Shown here: piece by piece, positions 41,762 to 54,583 of the stretch | Position numbering within the stretch: the first letter of the stretch is position 1 | Layout: each line of letters opens with the position of its first letter | From: Elusimicrobiaceae bacterium | GTDB taxonomy: Bacteria; Elusimicrobiota; Elusimicrobia; Elusimicrobiales; Elusimicrobiaceae | Reading direction: 5' to 3' | NCBI GenBank assembly: GCA_017520185.1 | Contig: JAFXGO010000026.1 | Coordinates: 14,729 to 78,728 of the forward strand | DNA length: 64,000 bases | The notes under the pieces: model-generated | What the model was told of the DNA's origin: nothing | Seen by the model: the letters and a program-made list of their open reading frames with translations, nothing else | Databases searched by the model: none | Made by a program: the position numbers and the translations under genes

Positions 41762-42289
41762 ATGAAAAGTACAGACCGGATTTTATCTCAAAGATATGCT
41801 CACGCTTTTGACGGGCTTAGTACAAGCACCGAGCAGGCCTCCCAGCGATTTGAGGCATTATGTTTGGCGGCAGAATTATTAAAAAAAGCAGAATCTTTTA
41901 TGAAAGATCCGGCCGTTTCTTCTTGTGAAAAAATAGTTTTTATACAAGAAGTGTTGCAACATGAAAAAACAATTGCACATTTTATCAGCGTATTACTAGA
42001 GGCCAAGAGATATTATTTGTTGGAAGAATGTATCCGGCAAATATCTGATTTGTTGGACCAAAGGTTAGGCATTGTGCGCGCAAAGGTAAAAACGGCTTTT
42101 GCATTAACGGACGAGCAAAAGAAAAAAGTAGAAGAATCCTTAAGTTCTTTTACGGGTAAAAAAGCCCTTGCGCAGTATAATACAGACCCTTCTTTGTTAG
42201 GAGGAATCTGCGCGCAAGTGGGGGATGTGTTGATAGACGGCACATTAAAGAGAAGATTTGAAAAATTACGGGAAGAATTAACCAAATAA
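41762..42289 (+). CDS. atpH: ATP synthase F1 subunit delta
   Basis: [16 protein letters not shown]. Confidence 0.9.
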   Translation: MKSTDRILSQRYAHAFDGLSTSTEQASQRFEALCLAAELLKKAESFMKDPAVSSCEKIVFIQEVLQHEKTIAHFISVLLEAKRYYLLEECIRQISDLLDQRLGIVRAKVKTAFALTDEQKKKVEESLSSFTGKKALAQYNTDPSLLGGICAQVGDVLIDGTLKRRFEKLREELTK

Positions 42290-42300
42290 ACGGTGTAAAT

Positions 42301-43827
42301 ATGGCAATAAGACCCGAAGAAATAACCAATATTATCAAAGATAAAATTGAAAAGTTTGAGACAAAGGCAGACTTAAATGAAGTGGGTACTGTCATCCAAG
42401 TGGGTGACGGTATTGCCCGCGTTTACGGTTTAAACCAAGTAAAAGCCTCTGAGTTGGTGGACTTTGGCAATGGTGTCAAAGGCATGGCCATGAACTTAGA
42501 ATATGACAACGTAGGCTGCGTATTAATGGGTGCAGATGAGTTGGTCAATGAAGGGACAACCGTCAAACGTACCGGTGAAGTAATCAGCATTCCGGTAGGG
42601 GAAGATATTATCGGACGTGTAGTAGATCCGTTAGGCCGCCCCTTAGATGGCAAAGGCGAAATCAAAGCCGATAAAGAAATGCCGATGGATATTGTTGCTC
42701 CCGGTATTGTGGAAAGACAACCCGTTAAACAACCTTTACAAACAGGTTTAAAAGCTATTGATGCTTTGGTCCCTATCGGCAAAGGACAGCGTGAGTTGAT
42801 CATCGGGGACCGTCAAACCGGAAAAACCGCTATCGCGATTGATGCCATTATCAATCAAAAGAATTTGCCGGAAGATCAACGTTGTCTTTGTATTTATGTA
42901 GCCATTGGACAGAAAAACAGCACCGTTGCTCAAGTGGTACAAACTTTAACTGATTTCGGGGCCATGGAATATACAACCGTTATAGCTGCTACGGCGGCCG
43001 ATCCTGCCTCTATGCTCTATATTGCTCCGTATGCCGGTTGTGCTATTGGGGAATATTTTATGTGGAAAGGCAAAGACGTTTTGATTGTATATGACGATTT
43101 GTCTAAACATGCACAGGCCTATCGCCAAATGTCTTTGTTATTGCGCCGTCCCCCCGGCCGCGAGGCATATCCCGGTGACGTGTTTTATTTGCATTCCCGT
43201 TTATTAGAGCGTGCCTGTAAACTTTCTAAAGAAAACGGTGGCGGCTCTTTGACCGCGTTGCCGATTATTGAAACACAAGCCAACGACGTTTCTGCTTATA
43301 TTCCTACGAACGTCATTTCTATTACGGACGGCCAAATTTATTTGGAAAGCAGTTTGTTTTTGAGCGGTGTCAAACCTGCCATTAACGTAGGTTTATCCGT
43401 TTCTCGTGTAGGCGGATCGGCTCAACGCAAAACCATGCGCAAAGTGGCAGGAACCTTGCGTGTGGATATGTCACAATATCAAGAGTTGGAAGGTTTTGCT
43501 CAGTTTGGCTCTGAATTGGATAAAGAATCTCAACGCCAAATTGCACGCGGCAAGCGTATGAGCGAATTGCTAAAACAAGACCAATATCAACCGATGCGCT
43601 TGTGGCAAGAAGTGTTAGTGTTGTATGCAGGCACAAACGGCTATACCGATGAAGTAGAGGTTAGCCAAGTGCGTGAGTATGAAAAACAACTTTTGTCTTG
43701 GGCGGCTGCGGCACAAAAAGAACTGGTGGAAGAATTGGACAGTGCGGCAGAATTGACAGACGAATTAAAGCAAAAAATAGAAGTTGCTTTGAATGAATTT
43801 AAGAATATTTTTGAGAGTGAAAAATAG
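42301..43827 (+). CDS. atpA: ATP synthase F1 subunit alpha
   Basis: [23 protein letters not shown]. Confidence 0.98.
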   Translation: MAIRPEEITNIIKDKIEKFETKADLNEVGTVIQVGDGIARVYGLNQVKASELVDFGNGVKGMAMNLEYDNVGCVLMGADELVNEGTTVKRTGEVISIPVGEDIIGRVVDPLGRPLDGKGEIKADKEMPMDIVAPGIVERQPVKQPLQTGLKAIDALVPIGKGQRELIIGDRQTGKTAIAIDAIINQKNLPEDQRCLCIYVAIGQKNSTVAQVVQTLTDFGAMEYTTVIAATAADPASMLYIAPYAGCAIGEYFMWKGKDVLIVYDDLSKHAQAYRQMSLLLRRPPGREAYPGDVFYLHSRLLERACKLSKENGGGSLTALPIIETQANDVSAYIPTNVISITDGQIYLESSLFLSGVKPAINVGLSVSRVGGSAQRKTMRKVAGTLRVDMSQYQELEGFAQFGSELDKESQRQIARGKRMSELLKQDQYQPMRLWQEVLVLYAGTNGYTDEVEVSQVREYEKQLLSWAAAAQKELVEELDSAAELTDELKQKIEVALNEFKNIFESEK

Positions 43828-43836
43828 GAGACTTTT

Positions 43837-44766
43837 ATGGAAAGCAAGAAAAAATATTTAGTGACCGGCGGTGCAGGATTTATCGGAAGCAATATTGCTA
43901 AAACTTTGGAAGCACAAGGTCATGAAGTGACGGTAATTGATGATTTTACTAAAAACGGTCATTTCAAAAATTTAATCGGTTTTAAAGGGGATGTTATTGC
44001 AGCCGATTTGTTTGAATATTTGCCGGAAAACGACTATTTTGATGCTATTTTTCACGAAGCCGCTATTACTGACACCACTGTCATGGACCAAAAGCACATG
44101 ATGGAACAAAATGTGGAAGCTTTCCGTAATTTGCTTAACTATGCTGCTGAAAACGAAATTCCGAAAGTAATTTACGCTTCTTCTGCCGCTACTTACGGAA
44201 ACGGTGCCGTACCGATGAAAGAAAGCCAGCCTACTCATCCGGAAAATGTTTACGGTTTTTCTAAAGTAATTGATGATAATTTGGCTTATAAATTTTCTCG
44301 CGAGCATCAGGATATGAAAATTATCGGTTTACGCTATTTTAACGTTTTTGGTCCCGGCGAAGAATATAAAGGCAAAATGGCCAGCATGATTTATCAGTTG
44401 TATAAACAAATGAAAGCCGGTCAACGCCCGCGTGTATTTAAACACGGGGAACAATTGCGTGATTTTGTATATGTAAAAGACATTGTAAAGGCCAATTTGT
44501 GTGCTTTGCATAATGGTAAAGAAACCTGTGTGTTGAATGCCGCCACCGGCATTGCTCGCAGTTATAATGACATTATCAAATGCTTAAACCATGAATTAGG
44601 TACTAATTTAGAACCGGAATATATAGACAATCCGTATCCGTTCTTCCAAAACAAGACCGAAGCCGACATGAGTCTTGCCAAAGAAAAAACGGGTTATACG
44701 CCGGACTTTACCTTAGAGACCGCCATTGCCGATTACGTAAGCATTTTAGAAGGCAAAAACAAATAA
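43837..44766 (+). CDS. hldD: ADP-L-glycero-D-manno-heptose 6-epimerase (extended SDR)
   Basis: TGGAGFIGSN, AAITDTT, YASSAATYG, YGFSK, LRYFNVFGP.E..KGKMAS, RDFVYVKD. Confidence 0.85.
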   Translation: MESKKKYLVTGGAGFIGSNIAKTLEAQGHEVTVIDDFTKNGHFKNLIGFKGDVIAADLFEYLPENDYFDAIFHEAAITDTTVMDQKHMMEQNVEAFRNLLNYAAENEIPKVIYASSAATYGNGAVPMKESQPTHPENVYGFSKVIDDNLAYKFSREHQDMKIIGLRYFNVFGPGEEYKGKMASMIYQLYKQMKAGQRPRVFKHGEQLRDFVYVKDIVKANLCALHNGKETCVLNAATGIARSYNDIIKCLNHELGTNLEPEYIDNPYPFFQNKTEADMSLAKEKTGYTPDFTLETAIADYVSILEGKNK

Positions 44767-44775
44767 GGAACTTTT

Positions 44776-47125
<2,350 letters not shown>

Positions 47126-47127
47126 TT

Positions 47128-47541
47128 ATGCCTAAAACGCTTAAACTAAACTTAATTACTCCGCAAAAGCAACTGCTCAAAGAATTGGAAGTGCAGAGTG
47201 TTGTGCTGCCTGCTTTTTTAGGAGAATTGGGTGTCATGCCGGGCCATATCCCGATGATGGTGCAGTTGGGGTTTGGCTCATTGCGCTATAAGCAGGACGG
47301 CAAGGAAGAAGAATTTGCCGTATTGGGCGGCTTTGCGGAAATTTTGCAGGATAGCGTGAACGTGTTTGCCGAGAGTGCAGGTCTTGCCGGAGAAATAGAC
47401 GAAGAAGAAGAAAAGCAAAAAATTAAACGTGCCAAAGAATCTTTATCTAAAAAAGATGCCGACATTGATTTTGAACTAGCGGAAATAGAAATTAAACAAG
47501 CGCTTACGCGTATGAAAGTCAAGAAGCATCGTTTAGGATAA
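47128..47541 (+). CDS. atpC: ATP synthase F1 subunit epsilon
   Basis: GELGVMPGH, GGFAEI. Confidence 0.93.
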   Translation: MPKTLKLNLITPQKQLLKELEVQSVVLPAFLGELGVMPGHIPMMVQLGFGSLRYKQDGKEEEFAVLGGFAEILQDSVNVFAESAGLAGEIDEEEEKQKIKRAKESLSKKDADIDFELAEIEIKQALTRMKVKKHRLG

Positions 47542-47546
47542 TTTTC

Positions 47547-47578
47547 AAAAAACACCCCGCTAAAACGGGGTGTTTTTT
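47547..47578. terminator. Bidirectional terminator after the atp operon
   Basis: AAAAAACACCCCG-N6-CGGGGTGTTTTTT. Confidence 0.85.
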
Positions 47579-48695
47579 ATTGGTAAAAACTTCGTATACA
47601 ATCACAAACATAAGACACTTCTTGTTCGGTTAATTCCGGAAACATCGGCAAAGAAAGGACTTCTTGACAGGCTTTTTCCGTAGAAGGGAAATCGGTCTTT
47701 TGATAGTGGAAATGTTTGTAGGCCGGTTGACGATAAAGAGCAACAGGGTAATAAATCCTTGTAGAAACACCTTTTTCTTTTAGAAACAATTGCAAAGAGT
47801 CCCGCCGTTCGGTGGCAATCGTATAAACGCAATATGTATGCGTATCTTCCGGGTAAACCGTAGTGGGCAAAGTAAGCGGTAATCCTTGCAAACCTTGCTC
47901 ATACCAAGAGGCTATTTTTTGCCGAGAGGCTGTCCATTGCGGCAGATGTTTTAATTTTACCCGTAAAATGGCGGCTTGCACTTCGTCCATGCGCAAAGTA
48001 GAACCCTCTAAGTCATGCTCATATTCTTTGTCTTTATTGCGGCCGGAGTGCCTTAAACTGCGGCAACGGTTGGCAATATCATCGTCATTAGTGATAATGG
48101 CTCCGGCATCTCCGCATGCACCCAAATTTTTGCTGGGATAAAAACTAAAGGCACCCGCATGACCGAATGTCCCTGTTTTGCATCCTTGAGAAGTTGCCAA
48201 AAGAGACTGCGCGCAATCTTCTATCACTTTTAAACCATGTTCTTTGGCCAATGCCATAATACCCCTCATATCGGCAGGAGCACCGTATAAATGAACGGGT
48301 AAAATGGCTTTTGTTTTGGAAGTAATTTTTCGCGCAATATCGTGTGGACAGAGATTATATGTTTTCGGGTCAATATCGGCAAATACGAATTTGGCCCCCG
48401 TTAAAGAAATAGAGGACGTGGTGGCAATAAAAGTAAAAGGCGTGGTGATGACTTCGTCTGTTTCTTGTATACCGGCGGCTAATAAGGACAGTTGAATGGC
48501 GCCGGCTCCCGATGAGCAAGAAATGCAATGTTTTACTCCCAGCAAATCGGCCATTTCCTTTTCAAAATTTTCTGTTTGCGGGCCCAATAACCACTTCATG
48601 GAATTCAGCGCATCTAAGGCAGCGGCGTTGAGTTCCGTACGCAAAGAGTCATGTTGACGTTGAAGGTCAAAAAAGGGAACAGTGAGTATTGACAT
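47577..48695 (-). CDS. DegT/DnrJ/EryC1/StrS sugar aminotransferase
   Basis: PVHLYG, EDCAQ, FSFYPSKNLGACGDAG. Confidence 0.92.
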   Translation of the reverse strand: MSILTVPFFDLQRQHDSLRTELNAAALDALNSMKWLLGPQTENFEKEMADLLGVKHCISCSSGAGAIQLSLLAAGIQETDEVITTPFTFIATTSSISLTGAKFVFADIDPKTYNLCPHDIARKITSKTKAILPVHLYGAPADMRGIMALAKEHGLKVIEDCAQSLLATSQGCKTGTFGHAGAFSFYPSKNLGACGDAGAIITNDDDIANRCRSLRHSGRNKDKEYEHDLEGSTLRMDEVQAAILRVKLKHLPQWTASRQKIASWYEQGLQGLPLTLPTTVYPEDTHTYCVYTIATERRDSLQLFLKEKGVSTRIYYPVALYRQPAYKHFHYQKTDFPSTEKACQEVLSLPMFPELTEQEVSYVCDCIRSFYQ

Positions 48696-48696
48696 A

Positions 48697-49326
48697 TTAT
48701 TTATACAGGCTATACACTTCGGGCATTTCTAAGAGTTCTTTGGTTAATTTTTGAAACTCATGTCCGGTAAAAGTACCCACGATAGTGACGTGGAAATGCC
48801 CTTCGTGTTTGGATACTTCTTGCTTTAAAATTTTTACGTTTTGAGATTCAATGGTTTGGCGGATTTTATCGATTACGGTCCACTGAGGCTGACAGGTAAG
48901 AAAAAAAGTATCATAGCGGCGCAATTTTTCCACAAGCCCTAATGTTCGGCGCACACCCAATTGCATCAGCAGAATCAGCGCACACGCACCGGAAGCCAAC
49001 ACATATTGCCCATAACCTACCGCCATGCCGATAGCGGCCACCAACCACACAGCGGCAGCAGTCGTTAAGCCGGAAACTTTATTTCCTTCGCGCAAAATAG
49101 CCCCTGCCCCTAAAAAGCCTACACCGGATACAATTTGTGCTGCGATACGTCCGGGATCTCCACCCATTTCTCCCATTTTTAATGACAGAATGGTAAATAA
49201 TGCCGCCCCTACGCAGATAATAGCGTTGGTGGCATATCCGGCGGGTTTGTCATTATATTGGCGTTCCAAACCCATCACACCGCCCAAAACTAAAGCAAGC
49301 AAAACTTTCACGATGATTTCTTCCAT
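48697..49326 (-). CDS. MgtC/SapB family protein
   Basis: GLERQ...PAG, RIAAQIVSGVGFLGAG, GLTTAAAVW. Confidence 0.92.
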   Translation of the reverse strand: MEEIIVKVLLALVLGGVMGLERQYNDKPAGYATNAIICVGAALFTILSLKMGEMGGDPGRIAAQIVSGVGFLGAGAILREGNKVSGLTTAAAVWLVAAIGMAVGYGQYVLASGACALILLMQLGVRRTLGLVEKLRRYDTFFLTCQPQWTVIDKIRQTIESQNVKILKQEVSKHEGHFHVTIVGTFTGHEFQKLTKELLEMPEVYSLYK

Positions 49327-49438
49327 AAGAGCACCCGATCCTTTTGCTGAAAATTTTGATGAAGTCTATATATATTCTAATGATTCTTTGTGTTTTTTTC
49401 CAGCAGAAAATAAGATTAGTTTAAAAAAGTGAAAATCC

Positions 49439-49466
49439 TTGACTTATTTTTTTTTTTTGTTAAATT
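49439..49466 (+). promoter_or_regulatory. Sigma70-type promoter of the pilin-like gene with a T12 homopolymer in the spacer
   Basis: TTGACT (49439-44), 16-nt spacer containing T12 (49447-58), TG-T-TAAATT (49458-66). Confidence 0.6.
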
Positions 49467-49503
49467 GTTTTTATAAGAAAAATTAACAAGAAGGAGATTT
49501 TAG

Positions 49504-50022
49504 ATGAAAAATTTATCTAAAAGAAATACAAGCGGTTTTACGCTGATAGAACTGCTGGTGGTAGTGTTGATTATCGGCATTTTGGCGGCGGTGGCATTGC
49601 CTCAGTATCAAAAAGCAGTCACTAAAAGCCACTTTACAGAGGCTTTTATCGGTTTGAAAGCCATTGCAGATGCCGAAAAAGTATGTATGCTTAGCACAGG
49701 AGAAAGTGTGGATGATTTATGTTGTACTGGACAAATCTGCAATGTAGCGGAAAATTTAGACATAGCAATTGGAAAACCGGTGGAAGATCAGCCTCATCGT
49801 AGAGAAACAAAATGGTTTTCTTTTGATCTTGGAAACGGTACTTCTCTTGACTCGGGAAAAATAATGGCACAAGCCCTTTACAAAAAATATGATGCTTGTG
49901 TTTGCATCCATGAAGACGGGCATTTTTCTGGGGGATATAGTGGTTGTGGATCGCCGGAAGCCCCTTTTGATATTTGGAAACTGTTGAATATTGAAGATGA
50001 AGGTACTTGTGGTTGTTGTTAA
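49504..50022 (+). CDS. Type IV pilin-like protein (PilE-like), Cys-rich
   Basis: Basic leader then G|FTLIELLVVVLIIGILAAVALPQYQKAV. Confidence 0.9.
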   Translation: MKNLSKRNTSGFTLIELLVVVLIIGILAAVALPQYQKAVTKSHFTEAFIGLKAIADAEKVCMLSTGESVDDLCCTGQICNVAENLDIAIGKPVEDQPHRRETKWFSFDLGNGTSLDSGKIMAQALYKKYDACVCIHEDGHFSGGYSGCGSPEAPFDIWKLLNIEDEGTCGCC

Positions 50023-50186
50023 GAAGTGCACTGCGTTTTTTGCTTCAAAATTGCTATGATATAAGTAATGCTTGGGCCTAGAGCAGGCGTTATGCCAATC
50101 CTAGCGCACAGCGCTTATTTTTGGTATAATATTTATAATAATTTGTTTGAGACAAATTAGATCTTTTTAGGCAAGAGTTAAACAAA

Positions 50187-51590
50187 ATGGTAGCCCAAAA
50201 AAATCTTTGTGTACTCATTTTGGCCGCCGGCAAAGGCACCAGAATGAAGTCTTCCCTTCCTAAACCCCTGCACCGCGTGTGTGGGATTCCTATGATTGCG
50301 CACAGTTTGCGTGCAGCCCAGAGTTTAAATCCGGGCGCGATTTGCGTTATTGTCGGACACGAAGCGCAACTGTTGATGCAAACTATTACCGAAAATTTAC
50401 AAACGTGGGGAATAAAGGCTCCTGTTGTATTTGCTGAGCAAAAAGAACTTAACGGTTCTGCCGGTGCCGTACGCGCTGCTTTGCCTTTGATTGAAAAATT
50501 TGAAAGCGTAATGGTATTAAACGGTGATGCACCGATGATACGCCCCGAAACTTTGCAACAAATGTTCAGCATTTGCGAAACGGAAAAAGCCGCCGCTATG
50601 GTATTGGGAGTGACTGTGCCTAACCCGAAGGGGTATGGCCGTATCTTACGTCAAAAAAGCGGAGCCTTTGACTGTATTGTGGAAGAAAGCGAAACGGACA
50701 ACAAAACGCGCCAAATAACCGAAGTAAACGGCGGCATGTATGTTTTTAATGCCAAAGATTTGATATCGGCTTTGGCTCTTTTGAAACCGCAAGGCCCGAA
50801 ACAAGAGTTTTATTTAACAGATACTTTGGCCATTATCAAAGATTTTCAGGAAAACGTCTTAGTTTTCAATACGGCAGATTATCAGCAGGCCTTAGGTGTT
50901 AATAGTCGCCAAGAATTGGCATTGGCTGAAGATTTAATGAGAGCCCGTATTGCCGATAAATTGATGGATAACGGAGTTCGTTTAGTCCGCCCGAAAGAAG
51001 TATATATTGATGAAGAAGTGCAAGTAGGCGAAGATACGATTATTTGCCCCGGTTGTTATTTAAAAGGCAAAACCGTTATCGGTAAAAATTGCCGTTTGGA
51101 CGGCAGTGTCTTTATTACAGACTCTGTGATCGGAGATAATGTTTTTATCAAAATGGGCAGTTATATCGAAAACAGTGTGATTGAGGATCATTGCGAAGTG
51201 GGTCCTTATGCTCATTTGCGTCCAAAATCTACTCTGAAAAAGAAAGCCAAAGTGGGGAACTTTTGCGAGATTAAAAATTCCGTCATCGGAGAAGGATCTA
51301 AAGTAAATCACCTGACCTATATCGGTGATACGGATATGGGGGCCGGAGTTAACATTGGCGCCGGTACCATTACTTGCAATTATGACGGTGAAAAGAAACA
51401 TCGCACCGTTATCGGAGACCACAGTTTTGTGGGCTCTAACGTAAATTTTGTAGCGCCTGTAGAGGTAAAAGCCTACAGTAAAATAGGCGCGGGCTCCACA
51501 ATCACCAAAGAAGTGCCGGAAGGCTCTTTGGCCATTGCGCGTGCACGTCAGGTTGTATTAGAAAATAAAGGTATAAAAAAACATGACTAA
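50187..51590 (+). CDS. glmU: Bifunctional UDP-GlcNAc pyrophosphorylase / GlcN-1-P acetyltransferase
   Basis: LAAGKGTRMKS, hexapeptide repeats, NHLTYIGD, GTITCNYDG. Confidence 0.97.
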   Translation: MVAQKNLCVLILAAGKGTRMKSSLPKPLHRVCGIPMIAHSLRAAQSLNPGAICVIVGHEAQLLMQTITENLQTWGIKAPVVFAEQKELNGSAGAVRAALPLIEKFESVMVLNGDAPMIRPETLQQMFSICETEKAAAMVLGVTVPNPKGYGRILRQKSGAFDCIVEESETDNKTRQITEVNGGMYVFNAKDLISALALLKPQGPKQEFYLTDTLAIIKDFQENVLVFNTADYQQALGVNSRQELALAEDLMRARIADKLMDNGVRLVRPKEVYIDEEVQVGEDTIICPGCYLKGKTVIGKNCRLDGSVFITDSVIGDNVFIKMGSYIENSVIEDHCEVGPYAHLRPKSTLKKKAKVGNFCEIKNSVIGEGSKVNHLTYIGDTDMGAGVNIGAGTITCNYDGEKKHRTVIGDHSFVGSNVNFVAPVEVKAYSKIGAGSTITKEVPEGSLAIARARQVVLENKGIKKHD

Positions 51591-52527
51591 AACCGTAAAC
51601 GGAGATTTACGTATTTTTTCCGGCAATGCCAATCCGGCTTTAGCCCAAAAAATTGCCGCCCACTTGGGTATGGATTTGGGCAAAATCCGTGTAGAACGTT
51701 TTGCTGACGGCGAAATTGACGTACAGATTTTAGAGTCTGTGCGCGCCCATGATTGTTATTTGATTCAAAGCACCTGCCCTCCTGTTAATGAAAATTTGAT
51801 GGAACTTTTGATTATGGTAGATGCCTTTAAGCGTGCCAGTGCTGGCAAAATTACGGTGGTGATTCCTTATTTTGGTTATGCTCGTGCCGACCGTAAAGCC
51901 GCCGCTCGTGTGCCTATTACAGCCAAACTGGCCAGCAACTTGATTACCAAAGCCGGAGCCGACCGCATTATGACGTTGGATTTGCATGCCGGCCAAATTC
52001 AGGGCTTCTTTGATATTCCGGTGGATCATTTGCGCGCCAGAAGCGTATTTTTAGATTATTTTAAAGATTTTGACCGTAAAGATTTAGTGGTCATTTCTCC
52101 CGACGTGGGTGGCGTGGAACGCGCCCGCAAATTTGCCGCGCGTATGGATGCGGGGTTGGTTATCATCGATAAACGCCGCCCAAAAGCCAATGAGGCAGTG
52201 GTATATAACGTAATCGGTGATGTAAAAGATAAAGTGGCTATCATTTTTGATGACATTGTAGATACGGCTGGCACATTAACTACGGTTGCCGCCAAAATCA
52301 AAGAGCAAGGTGCGCGGGAAGTATATGCGGCTTGTTCTCATGGGTTATTGTCTCGCAATGCCATCGACAAAATTAATAAATCAGCTATTAAAAAACTAAT
52401 CATTACGGATTCTCTGCCTGAAAGAGATTTAGGACCAAAAGTGGATATGCTTTCGGTATCCTATATTTTGGCAGATGCTATCAGACGTAATCACGACGGT
52501 CGCTCTATCAGCGATATGTTTAATTAG
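51583..52527 (+). CDS. prs: Ribose-phosphate pyrophosphokinase
   Basis: FADGE, YARADRK, DLHAGQIQGFF, DDIVDTAGT. Confidence 0.97.
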   Translation: MTKTVNGDLRIFSGNANPALAQKIAAHLGMDLGKIRVERFADGEIDVQILESVRAHDCYLIQSTCPPVNENLMELLIMVDAFKRASAGKITVVIPYFGYARADRKAAARVPITAKLASNLITKAGADRIMTLDLHAGQIQGFFDIPVDHLRARSVFLDYFKDFDRKDLVVISPDVGGVERARKFAARMDAGLVIIDKRRPKANEAVVYNVIGDVKDKVAIIFDDIVDTAGTLTTVAAKIKEQGAREVYAACSHGLLSRNAIDKINKSAIKKLIITDSLPERDLGPKVDMLSVSYILADAIRRNHDGRSISDMFN

Positions 52528-52557
52528 TTTTTCAATACATTAAGGAGTGTAAGTACA

Positions 52558-53208
52558 ATGGAAGAACTCAACATTACCGCCACCCTTAGAACCGGTGAAG
52601 GTGTAAAAGGCGAACTCAGCAAAATTCGTGCTGAAAAGAAAGTACCGGCCGTTCTCTATGGCGGACATAAAGATCCCGTAAGCATCACGATTACCATGAA
52701 AGATTTGGACAAAATCGTAAAAGCGGGCAAAAACAATATCGTGGAAATCAACCTCCCCGAAGGCAAAGAACAAGCTTTAGTCAAAGAAATCCAATACCAT
52801 GTGGTGACGGACTTGCCGATTCACGTTGACTTTCAACGCGTGTCTTTGAAAGATACGATGGACGTAGTAGTCCCCGTTAAATTGGTGGGCGAATCTGCCG
52901 ACGTTAAAACCCATGGTGCTATGGTGGAACACATCTTGCGCGAAATCGAAGTGCGCGCTTTGGTGAGCAACATCCCGCACGAAATTGAAGTCGATATTAC
53001 CGGCGTCACTATCACCAGCGGTATTTCCGCCGGCGATATCAAATTGCCCAAAGGTGTAGAACTTATTACCGATGCACAAGCTCCGGTGGTACACTTGGCC
53101 TTGCCGAAAGAAGAAGCTGCTTCCGCCACTGATGCCGCTGCTCAGCCGGAAAGCTCCTCCACCAAAGGCAAAAAAGATGCCGATGGCAATTTAACCAAAG
53201 GCAAATAA
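52558..53208 (+). CDS. rplY: 50S ribosomal protein L25 (CTC-type)
   Basis: VPAVLYG, KEIQYH, HVDF; prs-rplY-pth synteny. Confidence 0.95.
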   Translation: MEELNITATLRTGEGVKGELSKIRAEKKVPAVLYGGHKDPVSITITMKDLDKIVKAGKNNIVEINLPEGKEQALVKEIQYHVVTDLPIHVDFQRVSLKDTMDVVVPVKLVGESADVKTHGAMVEHILREIEVRALVSNIPHEIEVDITGVTITSGISAGDIKLPKGVELITDAQAPVVHLALPKEEAASATDAAAQPESSSTKGKKDADGNLTKGK

Positions 53209-53209
53209 A

Positions 53210-53773
53210 TTGGATCGCTTTCTCATTGCCGGGCTGGGTAATCCGGGCGCACAGTATGAAAAAACCCGTCATAATGCCGGGTTTATGGTGGCAGATGCTT
53301 TTGTCAACACGTATGGTGCTTCCTTCCAGCCCTGGCAAAAATTGGGAGAGTATGTCAAATTATCGGTAAACGGCAAAGAAGTGTTTGTCGTAAAGCCGAT
53401 GACTTATATGAATTTATCGGGTCAGATGGTGTCTAGTCTGGCCCGATTCTACAAAATTCCTACCGTTAATATCCTTGTTTGTTTTGACGATATGTCTTTA
53501 AAATTGGGAGACTTGCGCTTAAGACCCTCCGGTTCTGCCGGCGGTCAAAAAGGCATGAAAAATATCATTGAACTTTTAGGTAGTGACAAAATAGCCCGCT
53601 TGCGCGTAGGTATTGGCCCTAAGCCCGAAAAGTTTGACGCAGCCAACTTTGTACTTGCTAAATTTACCAGAGAAGAAACACCCGTTTTAGAACGTGCGGT
53701 AGCACGTGCAGCAGAAGCCTTAGAGGTTTATTTAAAGGAAGGGCTGGAGCGAGCAATGAATAAGTTCAATTAA
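53210..53773 (+). CDS. pth: Peptidyl-tRNA hydrolase (TTG start)
   Basis: GLGNPG, TRHNAG, KPMTYMNLSG, RLRVGIG. Confidence 0.96.
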   Translation: MDRFLIAGLGNPGAQYEKTRHNAGFMVADAFVNTYGASFQPWQKLGEYVKLSVNGKEVFVVKPMTYMNLSGQMVSSLARFYKIPTVNILVCFDDMSLKLGDLRLRPSGSAGGQKGMKNIIELLGSDKIARLRVGIGPKPEKFDAANFVLAKFTREETPVLERAVARAAEALEVYLKEGLERAMNKFN

Positions 53774-53806
53774 AAGAATTTTTGTTTGAGCAAACTCTTT
53801 TTATCA

Positions 53807-53837
53807 AAATAAACCCGCTTTTTAAGCGGGTTTATTT
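53807..53837. terminator. Bidirectional terminator between pth and tlyA
   Basis: AAATAAACCCGCTT-TTT-AAGCGGGTTTATTT. Confidence 0.85.
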
Positions 53838-54583
53838 ATTTTTACGTGCCACAAATATTCTATATTCCCATGAGTTCCTTTGATAGGGCTTTCTATCAAA
53901 GATCCACTGCTAGCACCGTATTTTTCTTGTAAGTTTTCTTCAAAGAATTTTTGTACGCGTTCAATGGCAAGTTGGCGGTTTTCCTCCGTTTTTACAATGC
54001 CGTGCGGTACTTGTTTAGGGGTTAATTCAAACTGAGGTTTAATTAAAAAAACAACTTCCGCTCTTGGAGCCATTACTTTAAATAAAGGTTCCATAATCAT
54101 GGTCAACGAAATGAAAGAGACATCTACGGCAGCAAATTCCGGAGCGTTTTCAAATAAATCCGGCGTCATGTAGCGTGCATTGGTTTCGGGGCGAAAATAG
54201 AAGTTTTTATATCGGCGCATTTCATCGGCCAATTGGCCTTTGCCTACGTCTACCCCATACACTTCTTTGGCTCCGGCCTGAATCATACAATCGCTAAATC
54301 CGCCCGTTGCAACTCCGATATCTACGCAGACTTTATCTTTAATATCAATATTCCACTCTTTTAAGGCTCCCGCCAGTTTTAACCCTCCGCGAGACACATA
54401 GGGACAGGATTTTTCTTTTAAGGAAATAATGTCTTCCGGCATAATAGTGCGGTCGGCGCGGGTGTCTTCTTGCCCGTTAACCAATACTTCACCGGCCATA
54501 ATGGAGGCTTGTGCACGTGTGCGACTGGGGAAAAACCCCTGCTCTACCAAAGCCATATCTAAACGTAATTTTTTATTCGCCAT
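53822..54583 (-). CDS. tlyA: TlyA family rRNA 2'-O-methyltransferase
   Basis: RLD S4 domain, YVSRGGLKL, DVSFISL, IKPQFE, GNIEYL. Confidence 0.93.
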   Translation of the reverse strand: MANKKLRLDMALVEQGFFPSRTRAQASIMAGEVLVNGQEDTRADRTIMPEDIISLKEKSCPYVSRGGLKLAGALKEWNIDIKDKVCVDIGVATGGFSDCMIQAGAKEVYGVDVGKGQLADEMRRYKNFYFRPETNARYMTPDLFENAPEFAAVDVSFISLTMIMEPLFKVMAPRAEVVFLIKPQFELTPKQVPHGIVKTEENRQLAIERVQKFFEENLQEKYGASSGSLIESPIKGTHGNIEYLWHVKINKPA

